The notes below the pieces were generated by a model. The model was given only the letters and a program-made list of their open reading frames with translations. It was not told the origin of the DNA and searched no databases. From assembly GCA_963733505.1 (NCBI GenBank), contig CAVTDW010000017.1:28564-92563 (forward strand): a stretch of 64,000 bases of DNA, in the 5' to 3' direction. The DNA comes from an uncultured Actinomycetota bacterium. Its GTDB lineage: Bacteria > Actinomycetota > Acidimicrobiia > Acidimicrobiales > Palsa-688. Position numbers and translations under genes: made by a program. The first letter of the stretch is position 1. Every line of letters starts with the position of its first letter. Below, in pieces: positions 50,132 through 59,089 of this stretch.

Positions 50132-50157
50132 CGCTCAGAGCCTGTCACACCGGCGTC

Positions 50158-51615
50158 CTAGGGGCCTTGCAGGGCCGCCTGCAGCACCGCTTTGGCGATG
50201 GGCGCCGCGATGACGCCGCCCGTCGCCTCCCCGCCTTCGGGTTGGTTCTCCACCAGCACCGCCACCGCCACCTTGGGTTGGATGGCCGGGGCGAAGCACA
50301 CGAACCAGGCGTGGATCGTGTTGTTGCCGGTCTGCGCCGTGCCCGTCTTGCCCGCGACATCGATGCCCGGGATCCGGGCCGCGGTACCGGTGCCGGACTG
50401 GACCACCGCGGTCATCAGCTGGGTCATCTGGGACGCGGTCTGCGCCGAGGTGGCCGTCAGCCACGGCGACGGCTGGTAGGTACGCACGACCTGGCCCTGG
50501 GAATCCGACACCTGGGCCAGAATGTGGGGCTTCATGATCACGCCCCCGTTGGCGATCCCCGCGGCCACCAGGGCCATCCCGAGCGGTACCGCCTGGACGT
50601 TCTGCTGGCCGATCGCCGACTTGGCCAGGCCCGGCAGGTCATGGGCGAAGCTGGCGGCCGGCGGGAAGTTGGACTGGGCCGCCTCGGGCAGGTCGATCGG
50701 CAGGGTCTGGTCGAAGCCGTAGCTGGTCGCCTCGTCCGCCAGGGCCTGGGCCCCCAGGTCGAGCCCGATGGCAGCGAAGCCGCTGTTGCACGACACCCGG
50801 AACAGGTCCGGCAGCGGGCCGCCGCACACCTCGCCCCCGAAGTTGCGCAGGACCTGCCCGCCGGTCTGGGGGAGGGGCAGGGCGGGGAGGTTCGGGTAGG
50901 CCTTGGTCGCCAGGTCGGGACGCTTGTCGAGCACCGCCGAGGCGGTGATCATCTTGAACGTCGACCCCGGGAAGAACCGCCGGCGAAAGGTCGAGGCCAG
51001 CAGGGGCTGATCGGGGTTGGCGTTCTCCGCCTGCCAGTAGCTGCGAACCGAGTTCTGGTCGTGGGCCGCCAAGGGGTTCGGGTCGAACGACGGGTTGCTC
51101 CAGAGGGCCAAGATGGCACCGGTCGTGGGGTTGAGGGCGACGACGGCGCCCTTGCGGTTGCCGAGCTGGGACTTCGCCAGTGCCTGAAGCTTGTTGGACA
51201 AGGTGAGGGTCACGGTCTGGCTCTTGTCCTGCTTGACCGTCAAGTCCTTCAGGCTCTTCGGCAGCTGGAATGGTGCGTTGGCGCCGGTCAGGTCGGCGTC
51301 GAATGACCGCTCCGCTCCCTCCAGGCCGTAGGTGAAGGAGAAATACCCGGTCACCTGGCCGAACAGGTCGTTGGTGGGATAGACCCGTTGATACTTGAGG
51401 GAGTCGGTCGTGGGTTGCGAATGGGCCAGGATCACCCCGTCGGCCGAGTTGATGTCGCCCCGCTTGGTCGTGAACTTGGCCAGGGCCAGCCGGGTGTTCA
51501 GGTGGTTGTGGTCGAGTCCTGTCGCCCGGACCACTTGGACGTAGTTGAGCTGGCCGAACAGGATCACGAACAACACGATCACGCCGACGCCCACCACCCG
51601 GATCTGGCGGTTCAC
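50158..51615 (-). CDS. pbpA: Penicillin-binding protein PbpA (class B transpeptidase)
   Basis: Motifs STFK, SCN and KTGTAQ are present, plus an N-terminal TM helix. It lies between pknB and rodA. Confidence 0.9.
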   Translation of the reverse strand: MNRQIRVVGVGVIVLFVILFGQLNYVQVVRATGLDHNHLNTRLALAKFTTKRGDINSADGVILAHSQPTTDSLKYQRVYPTNDLFGQVTGYFSFTYGLEGAERSFDADLTGANAPFQLPKSLKDLTVKQDKSQTVTLTLSNKLQALAKSQLGNRKGAVVALNPTTGAILALWSNPSFDPNPLAAHDQNSVRSYWQAENANPDQPLLASTFRRRFFPGSTFKMITASAVLDKRPDLATKAYPNLPALPLPQTGGQVLRNFGGEVCGGPLPDLFRVSCNSGFAAIGLDLGAQALADEATSYGFDQTLPIDLPEAAQSNFPPAASFAHDLPGLAKSAIGQQNVQAVPLGMALVAAGIANGGVIMKPHILAQVSDSQGQVVRTYQPSPWLTATSAQTASQMTQLMTAVVQSGTGTAARIPGIDVAGKTGTAQTGNNTIHAWFVCFAPAIQPKVAVAVLVENQPEGGEATGGVIAAPIAKAVLQAALQGP

Positions 51616-51625
51616 CCGGCCACCT

Positions 51626-52966
51626 TCACGACAGGACCGTCATGTCGGTGGCCGGCGCGACGACCGGGGTGGCCGAGTCGTTGCTGATCCGCAGCAGCAG
51701 CGCCAGCAGGATGTAGTTGGCGATCAGGCTGCTGCCCCCGTAACTGATGAACGGCAGCGTCACCCCAGTCAGGGGGATGAGCCGGGTGACACCTCCGATG
51801 ATCACGAACGTCTGGACGGCCAGGATCAGCGACAACCCGGTGGCGAGGAGCTTCTCGAAGTCCCGCTCGCAGCGCACCGCGATCCGCAACCCTGTTCCGA
51901 CCATGAGCAGGTAGGCCGCCAGGATGGCGGCACCGCCGAGGAGGCCGAGCTCTTCGGAGATGGCGGCGAAGATGAAGTCGGTGGCCGCGGCCGGTATTCG
52001 CTGCGGGCTCCCGCGGCCGGGCCCGTCGCCGAAGACACCACCTGCCGCCATCGCGAACCAACCCTGGATCGTCTGGTAGCCGCCTCCGGGGGTGTCATAC
52101 AGCGGCCACGGGTTGAGCCAGGAATGGATGCGGCTTTGGGCGTGGCCGATGACCTTGAGGGCGAATCCCGCCCCCAGCGTGAACAGCACCGCACCGAGGC
52201 CGAGGTAGTACGCCCGACCGGTCGCAACCCAGAGCATGCCGATGAACAGGGCGAAGAACAGGAACGACGAGCCCAGGTCGTTCTCGAACAGGAAGATCAT
52301 GAGCGACAGGCCCCAGGCAACGAGGACCGGTGCGATGTATTTGGGGTCGAGCACCATGAAGCGACCGATGCGCAAGGTGCCCTTGGCCAGCAACTCGCCT
52401 CGTTCGACCATGTACGACGCGAAGAAGATGGCGAGGGCGATCTTGGCCAGCTCGCCCGGCTGGAAGGTGACGCCGCCGACGCGGATCCACAGCCGGGCCC
52501 CGTTGATGTTGGTCCCGACGACAGGCAGCAGGGGCATCAGCAACAGGCCGATACCGAGCAGGGCGAAGAGGTAGCGGTAGCGCTCGAGGTCACGGGCGTG
52601 GCGAACGATGAACAGCGTGGCCAAGAAGGCGCCGATACCGATCGCCGTCCACAGTGCCTGCAGGCCGGCCAGGTGGCGGTCGAGGCGGGCGATGAAGACA
52701 TAACCCACCCCATTGAGCAGCGCCGCGGTTGGAAGGAGGATGGGATCGGCGTAAGGCGCCAGCTTGCGCATCCCAAGGTGGGCCAGCAGCAACAGGCCGC
52801 AGATGACGCCGAGGAAGGGGCCGATGTTGGCAGGCAGGGACCCCGCCTTGCCCAGGCTGGCCAGCATGTACAGCCCGGCCGTCAGCATGATCGCCAAGAC
52901 GATCAACCCCAGCTCGGTCCGCCGCCGCGCCGGGAGCCGGTAGGTGGCGCGGGCGGCTAGTGCCAC
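51626..52966 (-). CDS. rodA: FtsW/RodA/SpoVE-family peptidoglycan glycosyltransferase (SEDS)
   Basis: It is a multi-TM SEDS protein (...FQPGELAKIALAIFFASYM...ISYGGSSLIANYILLALLLRIS) and sits in the rodA position of the operon. Confidence 0.9.
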   Translation of the reverse strand: MALAARATYRLPARRRTELGLIVLAIMLTAGLYMLASLGKAGSLPANIGPFLGVICGLLLLAHLGMRKLAPYADPILLPTAALLNGVGYVFIARLDRHLAGLQALWTAIGIGAFLATLFIVRHARDLERYRYLFALLGIGLLLMPLLPVVGTNINGARLWIRVGGVTFQPGELAKIALAIFFASYMVERGELLAKGTLRIGRFMVLDPKYIAPVLVAWGLSLMIFLFENDLGSSFLFFALFIGMLWVATGRAYYLGLGAVLFTLGAGFALKVIGHAQSRIHSWLNPWPLYDTPGGGYQTIQGWFAMAAGGVFGDGPGRGSPQRIPAAATDFIFAAISEELGLLGGAAILAAYLLMVGTGLRIAVRCERDFEKLLATGLSLILAVQTFVIIGGVTRLIPLTGVTLPFISYGGSSLIANYILLALLLRISNDSATPVVAPATDMTVLS

Positions 52967-52997
52967 GGTCGACCTCGTGGGGCCGGTCGTCGTCGCG

Positions 52998-54284
52998 TCA
53001 CGGGGCGGGGAGCGTCGTAACCCCCGGCGGGGTGGTTGTCGTCGGGGTCGTGGTCGTGCTCGTGGCCGCCTCGGCCAGCTGGGTCTTCTCGACCCGCAGG
53101 CGTGCGACGTACTCCCGGGCCTGGCTGAGCGACGGTTCTTCCTTTCCGGCTCGCAGGTCGGGCACCCGTGAGGGGAGGACGTCGCTGGTCCGCACCGCCG
53201 TCTTCTGTACGACGGTCGGCTCGAACCACAGCAAACCCCCCGGGCGACCCTTGTAGATGGTGAGTTCGTCGCTGTTCAGCCCGACGAAGTAGCTGCCCCG
53301 GGCGTACCAGGCGACCGCGAAACCGGCTCCCGCAACCAGGGCGACGAGGAGGACGAGGAAGCCGACGACCCGTAAGGTAATTGCCCGGTGTGTGGGCGCT
53401 ACGGGCACGGCCGGGCGCGCCGCGCGGTGGAAGCGCCCGCCCCCTTTCGAACCGCGACCGGCGGCGCTTTCCCCAACTTCTGTTTCGACGACGGGAATGG
53501 GGCTGGGGATCTGGATACCGGGGTCGGATTCGAGCGCCATCGAAGCGGTCAACGAGAGGTCGTCGTCGTCCACCACGTCGACCACGACGACGGTGATGTT
53601 GTCGTTCCCGCCCCGGTTCATCGCGGCCGACACGAGTTCCCGGGCGGCGTCGCCTGGATCGGCGAGGCGGCGCATGACGCTGGCCATCTGGAGGTCGGTC
53701 AGTTCCCGGGGGAGGCCGTCGCTGCACAGCATGAGCCGGTCACCCTTCAGGGGCAGGAGCTGGAGGACGTCGACGTTGACCACCGAGTCGACGCCGAGCG
53801 CCCGGGTGAGGACGTGGCGCTGCGGATGGACCGTGGCCTCGACTTCCGACAGCTGGCCGTCGTCCACCAGCTCCTGGACCAGGCTGTGGTCGGTGGTGAG
53901 CTGTTCCAGCTCGCCTTGGCGCAGGAGGTAGACGCGGGAGTCGCCGACGTTGATGATGGCGAGGCGGTCCTCGTTGTCCTCGTTGACCAGGGCGACGGCG
54001 ACCAGGGTGGTGCCCATGCCGTGGAGCTCGGGGTCGCCCTGCCCCCGTTCCCAGATCGAACGGTTGGCCTGGTGAGCGGCCTCGACCAGCCCTTCGGTGC
54101 CCCCCTTGCGCTGGAAGGTCGCCTTCAGGGCCTCGACGGCGGTGAGTGACGCCACCTCGCCCGCGGCGTGACCACCCATGCCGTCGGCGACCGCGAACAA
54201 CTCGGCGGTGACCAGCAGCTGGTCCTGGTTGTTGGCCCGTACGCGACCGACGTCGGTGGCCGAGCCGGCCCGCAGCGTGGTCAT
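52998..54284 (-). CDS. pstP: PP2C-family Ser/Thr phosphatase PstP
   Basis: LRAGSATDVGRVRANNQDQ...FAVADGMGGHAAGEVAS...LLCSDGL are PP2C motifs. A TM helix and an extracellular Thr/Pro-rich tail follow. Confidence 0.9.
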   Translation of the reverse strand: MTTLRAGSATDVGRVRANNQDQLLVTAELFAVADGMGGHAAGEVASLTAVEALKATFQRKGGTEGLVEAAHQANRSIWERGQGDPELHGMGTTLVAVALVNEDNEDRLAIINVGDSRVYLLRQGELEQLTTDHSLVQELVDDGQLSEVEATVHPQRHVLTRALGVDSVVNVDVLQLLPLKGDRLMLCSDGLPRELTDLQMASVMRRLADPGDAARELVSAAMNRGGNDNITVVVVDVVDDDDLSLTASMALESDPGIQIPSPIPVVETEVGESAAGRGSKGGGRFHRAARPAVPVAPTHRAITLRVVGFLVLLVALVAGAGFAVAWYARGSYFVGLNSDELTIYKGRPGGLLWFEPTVVQKTAVRTSDVLPSRVPDLRAGKEEPSLSQAREYVARLRVEKTQLAEAATSTTTTPTTTTPPGVTTLPAP

Positions 54285-54796
54285 CGGGCCAGCTCGAGGA
54301 CCGTCTTGCCGATTTGCAGTCGGTCGCCCCGCTGGAGCGCCACGGTGCCGGTCACCTGGCGGTCGTTGATGAACGTACCGTTGGTCGAGCCGAGGTCTTC
54401 GACGTAGAACGCGCCGTCGCGCCGGAAGACGCGTGCGTGCAGGGTCGAGACGAAGGTGTCGTCGGGGATGGCGACGCCGCAGCCGTTGGCCCGCCCGACG
54501 GTCAACTCGTCACCCAGCTCGAAGCTCTGGCCGTACTGTTCTGCCGGTTCGAGAATGACCAGGCGCTCCGAGCCGCCGCTCCCGCCTCCCCCGCCTGCCC
54601 AGGCCGGGCGCACGCCGCCACCGGCCCCACGGCCGCCACGGGCCGCTGCCGCTGGGGCCGCCGGGGCAACGACGGCCACCTGCACCCCTTTCGGCTCGCG
54701 GAGCTCGACCCACACCGCCCGGATGACGCGGAAGAAGAAGAGGTACAGCAATCCGAGGAAGATCAACTTGAGGGCGGTCAGGAGTGAGTCAGGCAT
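54281..54796 (-). CDS. fhaB: FHA-domain protein FhaB/FipA
   Basis: It has an N-terminal TM helix (LLTALKLIFLGLLYLFFF), a Gly/Ala linker and a C-terminal FHA domain (ELTVGRANGCGVAIPDDTFVSTLHARVF...GSTNGTFINDRQV). Confidence 0.85.
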   Translation of the reverse strand: MPDSLLTALKLIFLGLLYLFFFRVIRAVWVELREPKGVQVAVVAPAAPAAAARGGRGAGGGVRPAWAGGGGGSGGSERLVILEPAEQYGQSFELGDELTVGRANGCGVAIPDDTFVSTLHARVFRRDGAFYVEDLGSTNGTFINDRQVTGTVALQRGDRLQIGKTVLELAR

Positions 54797-54818
54797 TGGA
54801 GTCGAACGTGCGGCCTTG

Positions 54819-55475
54819 TTAGGCCTCGAACCTCAGGTGAGTGGAGCCGATCGTGATCTCGTCGCCGTGCTGCAATCTGTGGGTATGAATACCCACTCCG
54901 TTGACTTTCGTGCCATTGGTACTTCCGAGATCGACGGCGACGTAGCCGCCCCCTCCGTCGGTCGCCTGGCGCACCTCGACGTGGCGGCGGCTGGCGTTGA
55001 CGTCGCCCAGCACCACATCGCACTCCGGTAGCCGGCCGATCGTGACCGGGGCGGCGCCGAGGGCGCGGCGGCTGCCGTCGGGAAGGACCAGCTGCGCCCC
55101 GGCGCCTTCGGACGCCTTCAGCTCGCCCGAGACCAGCAGCATGCCCGGGGCCAGGTCAGGGTCGGTCGTCATGTCGACGGTGACGGCGCCGATGAAGACG
55201 TAGTTCTCGGCTCGGGCGTAGTCCCGGGCGACCGAGATGAGTTCGCTGATCAGCTCGTCCTCGATCGGTTCGAAGCGGGATCGGTCGGCGGGGCCGACCG
55301 CCACGGTGAAGTGGTTCGGGGTGAGGGTGCCGCGGGGGGCGACGGTGCGCTGGACGTCCATCTCCCGGGTGAGGCGGCGGCCGATCTCGACTGGTTGCAG
55401 GCCGCTACGGAACGCCTTGGCGAAGGCGCCCTCGACGAGGCGCTCGAGCCGTCGCTCGAACTGCTGGAGTCCCAT
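54819..55475 (-). CDS. fhaA: FHA-domain protein FhaA (DUF3662 N-terminus plus C-terminal FHA)
   Basis: MGLQQFERRLERLVEGAFAKAFRSGLQPVEIGRRL is DUF3662, and ...VTIGRLPECDVVLGDVNASRRHVEVR...GSTNGTKVNG is FHA. It lacks the long linker of mycobacterial FhaA. Confidence 0.85.
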   Translation of the reverse strand: MGLQQFERRLERLVEGAFAKAFRSGLQPVEIGRRLTREMDVQRTVAPRGTLTPNHFTVAVGPADRSRFEPIEDELISELISVARDYARAENYVFIGAVTVDMTTDPDLAPGMLLVSGELKASEGAGAQLVLPDGSRRALGAAPVTIGRLPECDVVLGDVNASRRHVEVRQATDGGGGYVAVDLGSTNGTKVNGVGIHTHRLQHGDEITIGSTHLRFEA

Positions 55476-55535
55476 GGTCGCCGATGATGCTATCGGCGGC
55501 GGTGGCCGGGGTCCGGCCGTGAGGGTGGCGGCTTT

Positions 55536-55582
55536 TTTGCCGGTGGGTTTGCCGGTGGGTTTGCCGGTGGGTTTGCCGGGGG
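55536..55582. repeat. About 3.9 copies of a 12-nt tandem repeat (tttgccggtggg) upstream of fhaA
   Basis: Read directly: tttgccggtgggtttgccggtgggtttgccggtgggtttgccggggg. It lies between the fhaA start (55475) and tRNA-Leu. Confidence 0.75.
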
Positions 55583-55621
55583 CACTGCGGCCCGGTCGGC
55601 GCTAGCCTGTCGGTTCCACTC

Positions 55622-55705
55622 GGGCGAGTGGCGGAATAGGCAGACGCGGAGGATTCAGGTTCCTGTGTCCGAAAGGATGTGGGGGTTCAAGTCCCCCCTC
55701 GCCCA
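55622..55705 (+). tRNA. tRNA-Leu (anticodon CAG), type II with a long variable arm
   Basis: The acceptor is GGGCGAG/CTCGCCC, the anticodon loop TTCAGGT, the variable stem-loop GTCC-GAAA-GGAT and the T-arm GGGGG-TTCAAGT-CCCCC. Discriminator A and CCA are encoded at 55706-55708. Confidence 0.8.
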
Positions 55706-55721
55706 CCACGCGACCGCCGGG

Positions 55722-56957
55722 TCAGCCGGGCAGGACCTGGCTGATGCTCACCACGTCGCCTGAGGGGCGGGCGGTGCTGTGTCCGGCGCCGTCGGCGTCG
55801 AAGACGTACACCCGGTCCACGGTGGTGGCGACCACTCCGCCCGAGGGGGTCGCCGACAAGGCGGTGACCGGCGAATCGGTGTACCAGCGGCCGACGGGCG
55901 CCAAGCTCTCGTAGGCCAGGACCTGCACACCTGAGCCGTCGCCGACGAACAGGCGCCCACTGGCCCGGGACCCAGCGGTCACCGTCGTCCGCCCGGCCCT
56001 GGTGCTCGGAGCGATCGAAGCGGTCCGCGTGACGGTCAGACCACTGGTCTCGATTTCGGCCAGGCGGTTGGCGGATCCGTCGACGACGTAGAGCCTCCCA
56101 CCGTCGGGCGCCACGGCGATGCTGGCCGTCGAGAGGTCACCGTCGGCGAATCCTTCCGGCAGATCGATGCAATGGGCCCAGCCTCCGTTCAGACTCAGGG
56201 TGTGCACCTCGGCTCCGGTGGCCGCGCCCGTGGGGGGACGGAGGTACAGCGTGTAGAGGGTCGTTCGGTCCGGCGCCAGGGTGTGGGTGCGGCCGATGCC
56301 CTGCATCTCCTCGGGCGGCTCCTTTTCCCGGCCGAACACGCCGTCGACCATGCCACTCGCCAGGTCGAGCCTGCTGACGACGTAGCGGTCGGGTGCCGCG
56401 GCCGGGAGGTAGGAGATCGCGAAGACTGCCTGGTCGTCGGTCGAGAAGGCCTCGGGCGTCAGGCTGCCGCTGAGGTCATGGCGGGTGACCGAGCCGTCCT
56501 GCAGGTTGACGACCACGATCGTGGTCGTGGTGCGCCCCGCCGGCATGTAGCCAGACGGCGTCGCGGGTGGCGGGTCGGGGACGGACAACGCCGCCAACGT
56601 GGCGTCGCCCGAGAGCGCCTTCACCACGAGGCCCGCGGGGACGGCGACGATCCGGCGGACCGACCCATCCCGCGTGGCGCGGACGACCAACTGGTCGCCC
56701 GAGGTCGCGACGACTGATGCGCCATCGGCGGTGGTCATTCCGCCCGCTACCCGATATCGCAGGGCACCACTGGGCAGCGAGACGGCCTCCACCCCTTCCG
56801 CGGTCGTAAGCAGGGCCAGCGCGCTCGCAGGCGGGGTAGCGGGTCGGGTCGATCGCGTCGATCCAGTACTACAGGCCGTGAGCAGTGCACTCAGAACGAC
56901 CGCGCCGACGATGGTCGACGACGGGCGATGCGGAAAGACGGAGCATGAACACCACCT
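55722..56957 (-). CDS. Lipoprotein with beta-propeller-like (YVTN-type) repeats; an apparent 1-nt frame break lies right after the start
   Basis: ggaggtggtgttcATG gives MLRLSASP, then in the +1 frame SSTIVGAVVLSALLTACSTG (lipobox), then repeats ...GGRLYVVDGSANRLAEIETSG... The break is at a CCC run near 56925. The track ORF (688 aa) carries a spurious N-terminal extension overlapping the anti-sigma gene. Confidence 0.6.
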   Translation of the reverse strand, partial: RWCSCSVFPHRPSSTIVGAVVLSALLTACSTGSTRSTRPATPPASALALLTTAEGVEAVSLPSGALRYRVAGGMTTADGASVVATSGDQLVVRATRDGSVRRIVAVPAGLVVKALSGDATLAALSVPDPPPATPSGYMPAGRTTTTIVVVNLQDGSVTRHDLSGSLTPEAFSTDDQAVFAISYLPAAAPDRYVVSRLDLASGMVDGVFGREKEPPEEMQGIGRTHTLAPDRTTLYTLYLRPPTGAATGAEVHTLSLNGGWAHCIDLPEGFADGDLSTASIAVAPDGGRLYVVDGSANRLAEIETSGLTVTRTASIAPSTRAGRTTVTAGSRASGRLFVGDGSGVQVLAYESLAPVGRWYTDSPVTALSATPSGGVVATTVDRVYVFDADGAGHSTARPSGDVVSISQVLPG

Positions 56958-56983
56958 CCGCCGCTCATACACCGCATCCCCGG

Positions 56984-57853
56984 TCAGGGTTCCCGGGGAC
57001 CTAGGGGATGGACTCCGCGATCGCCAACGCCCGGGCCTTGGCGATGTCGCCCTCGATCCGCACGTGTCACGGCCCCCGACTGCCATACCAAGGTGTTGGT
57101 GGCCAGGCGCAGGGTGTCGGGGAAGACGTCGCCGCGTGCGTCCCGGTAGAAGAGGGCATGGGGTGCCCCCGACAGCCAGTAGGCGGGCTGCCCTCGAAGG
57201 GTGAGGGCTTCGATGGTCGTGTCCGGGCCGGCCAGCTTCCCGAAGAATCCCGCCTCCAACTGGGCCCGGAACTCCGTCAGCAGCAGGCCGACCCCCGTCT
57301 GCGCGGCGCCCGGCAAATCGGGCCCGGGCAGGTATGCCAGCGTCACCTCGCCCTCCGGCGGCGGCGTGGCAACGTAGACGGCGTCGGGGCGATCGAAGGG
57401 CGCCAGCGCCGGGAGGCGCACCGGGAACCCGATGCGCGCACTCGCCTGGGCCAGCGTGACGGGCTGTCCGAGGTCGAGCGGCGCCGTTCCGGCAGGCAAT
57501 CGGGGTACGGGCGGCAGCGGCCCCGCCGTGATGTGGACGCTCTCCAGCCCGAGCAGGTCGGCGGCTGCTCGCCGGGCACCCGGTGACAGCGCCAGCGCCC
57601 CTGCCACCAGCGCCACGACCGTGGCGACGACGACGACCGCGACCAGTGCCGGACGGTGCGGAGCCAGAGCGGACCGGCGCGGAGCCAGAGCGGCGGACCG
57701 GCGGCGGGCCAGTACGCCGCGCGAAGGCCGCGGCTGCGCCTCGAGCCGAGCGGCCACCGTGTCGGCGATCGCCGGAGTCGGAGGCCACTGCAGCCGTACT
57801 GCCAGCTGCGCGAGCTGGACCTCAAGGTCAAGTGGAGAACGAGATTCAGGCAT
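56984..57853 (-). CDS. Anti-sigma factor (membrane-spanning) cognate to the upstream ECF sigma factor
   Basis: ATG 57853 overlaps the sigma stop (ATGCCTGA). There is a cytoplasmic N-terminus, a TM helix LVAVVVVATVVALVAGALAL and an extracytoplasmic domain. Confidence 0.65.
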   Translation of the reverse strand: MPESRSPLDLEVQLAQLAVRLQWPPTPAIADTVAARLEAQPRPSRGVLARRRSAALAPRRSALAPHRPALVAVVVVATVVALVAGALALSPGARRAAADLLGLESVHITAGPLPPVPRLPAGTAPLDLGQPVTLAQASARIGFPVRLPALAPFDRPDAVYVATPPPEGEVTLAYLPGPDLPGAAQTGVGLLLTEFRAQLEAGFFGKLAGPDTTIEALTLRGQPAYWLSGAPHALFYRDARGDVFPDTLRLATNTLVWQSGAVTRADRGRHRQGPGVGDRGVHPLGPREP

Positions 57854-58436
57854 CGAACGCCTCCGCGGGCATGGCCTGGCGAAGTCGGGCCAGAGCCCGG
57901 TGCAGCCGAGACTTGGCGGTGCCGGGTGCGCAGCCCAGGGCGGCTGCGGTTTCCGCCTCACTCAGCTCCGCGAAGAAGCGCAGGGCGACGACCTCGCGGT
58001 CGCGCTCGCCCAAGGAGCGCACCGCGTCGAAGAGTGCCTGATGCTCGATGGCCGAGATCACCGCGTCCTCGGGAGATGGGGCCGCATCTCCCGAGGCGCG
58101 AAGGTTTGCCCGGCCCACGCGGTCGGCCAGCCGGGCCCGGCGACCGCTGCTGCGACGGCGGTTTCGCGCCTCGTTGGCGACGATGCGCAGCAGCCAGGGT
58201 CGAAACGGCGCGTCGGGGTGGAAGCGGTCCAAGGCGTAGAACGCCTTCACCATCGCCTCGCTGGCGGCATCGCCCGCCTCAGTTGCATCGCCCGTGATCA
58301 GGATCGCCACCCGGAATGCCACCTCCTCGTGGCCGCGCACCAACTCCTGGTAGGCATCGACGCTTCCGTCGAGCGCTCGTCGAACCAGGGCTTGTTGTTG
58401 AACCTGCAGCGGGTCATCCAGTGGGCGGCCCTCCAC
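57846..58436 (-). CDS. ECF (sigma-70 family) RNA polymerase sigma factor
   Basis: Region 2 is ...AFRVAILITGDATEAGDAASEAMVKAFYALDRFHPDAPFRPWLLRIVANEARN and region 4 is ...EVVALRFFAELSEAETAAALGCAPGTAKSRLHRALARLR. Confidence 0.88.
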   Translation of the reverse strand: MEGRPLDDPLQVQQQALVRRALDGSVDAYQELVRGHEEVAFRVAILITGDATEAGDAASEAMVKAFYALDRFHPDAPFRPWLLRIVANEARNRRRSSGRRARLADRVGRANLRASGDAAPSPEDAVISAIEHQALFDAVRSLGERDREVVALRFFAELSEAETAAALGCAPGTAKSRLHRALARLRQAMPAEAFDA

Positions 58437-58483
58437 CGACGTCTGCTGTCCTACACCGCGACGGTCAGTATGGTTCCCGCCTG

Positions 58484-59053
58484 ATGCCTGAGTCGTCTGC
58501 CCGACTGCGTTCCCGACTGCGAGAACTGGTCCTGGATCCGGCGGTATTGCAGCATCTTCCGGAGCCGATCCGACTGGCGTCGGGCGAGATGAGCAGGGAT
58601 TTCGTCGATGCCAAACTGGCGGTGGACGATCCCGAGGACCTCGAACTGGTCGGTGCCGCCATGGCCGCCGCGGCCCATCAGGCGGGAGCCGAGTTCGACG
58701 CCGTCGGCGGTCTGGTGCTCGGCGCCGTGCCCTTCACCTTCGCCGTGGCGCAGGCGGCAAAGGTCCGATGGTTCCTCATCCGCAAGGAGCCCAAGGGCCG
58801 CGGTACCAACCGCTTCGCCGAAGGGGCACGCATCGGCCCGGGCACCCGGGCCATGTTGGTCGACGACGTCATCACGACCGGCGGGTCGATTCAACTGGCC
58901 TATGAGCGGGTCCGGGCCGAGGGCGCCGAGGTGGTGTTCGCGACGACACTCGTCGACCGCGGGGACCGGGCGGCACCGTTTTTCGAGGCAGCCGGCGTTC
59001 CCTACGTGCCAATGCTGACCTACCGCGACCTGGGTATCGAACCCGTAGGTTGA
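58484..59053 (+). CDS. Type I phosphoribosyltransferase (orotate PRTase-like)
   Basis: The PRPP-binding motif is AMLVDDVITTGGSI. The ATG at 58484 gives MPESSARLRSRLRELVLD, 189 aa. The upstream part of the track ORF overlaps the divergent sigma gene. Confidence 0.75.
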   Translation: MPESSARLRSRLRELVLDPAVLQHLPEPIRLASGEMSRDFVDAKLAVDDPEDLELVGAAMAAAAHQAGAEFDAVGGLVLGAVPFTFAVAQAAKVRWFLIRKEPKGRGTNRFAEGARIGPGTRAMLVDDVITTGGSIQLAYERVRAEGAEVVFATTLVDRGDRAAPFFEAAGVPYVPMLTYRDLGIEPVG

Positions 59054-59089
59054 TTTGCGCCACTGCCGCGGCGCAAAGGTGCGACGCGG

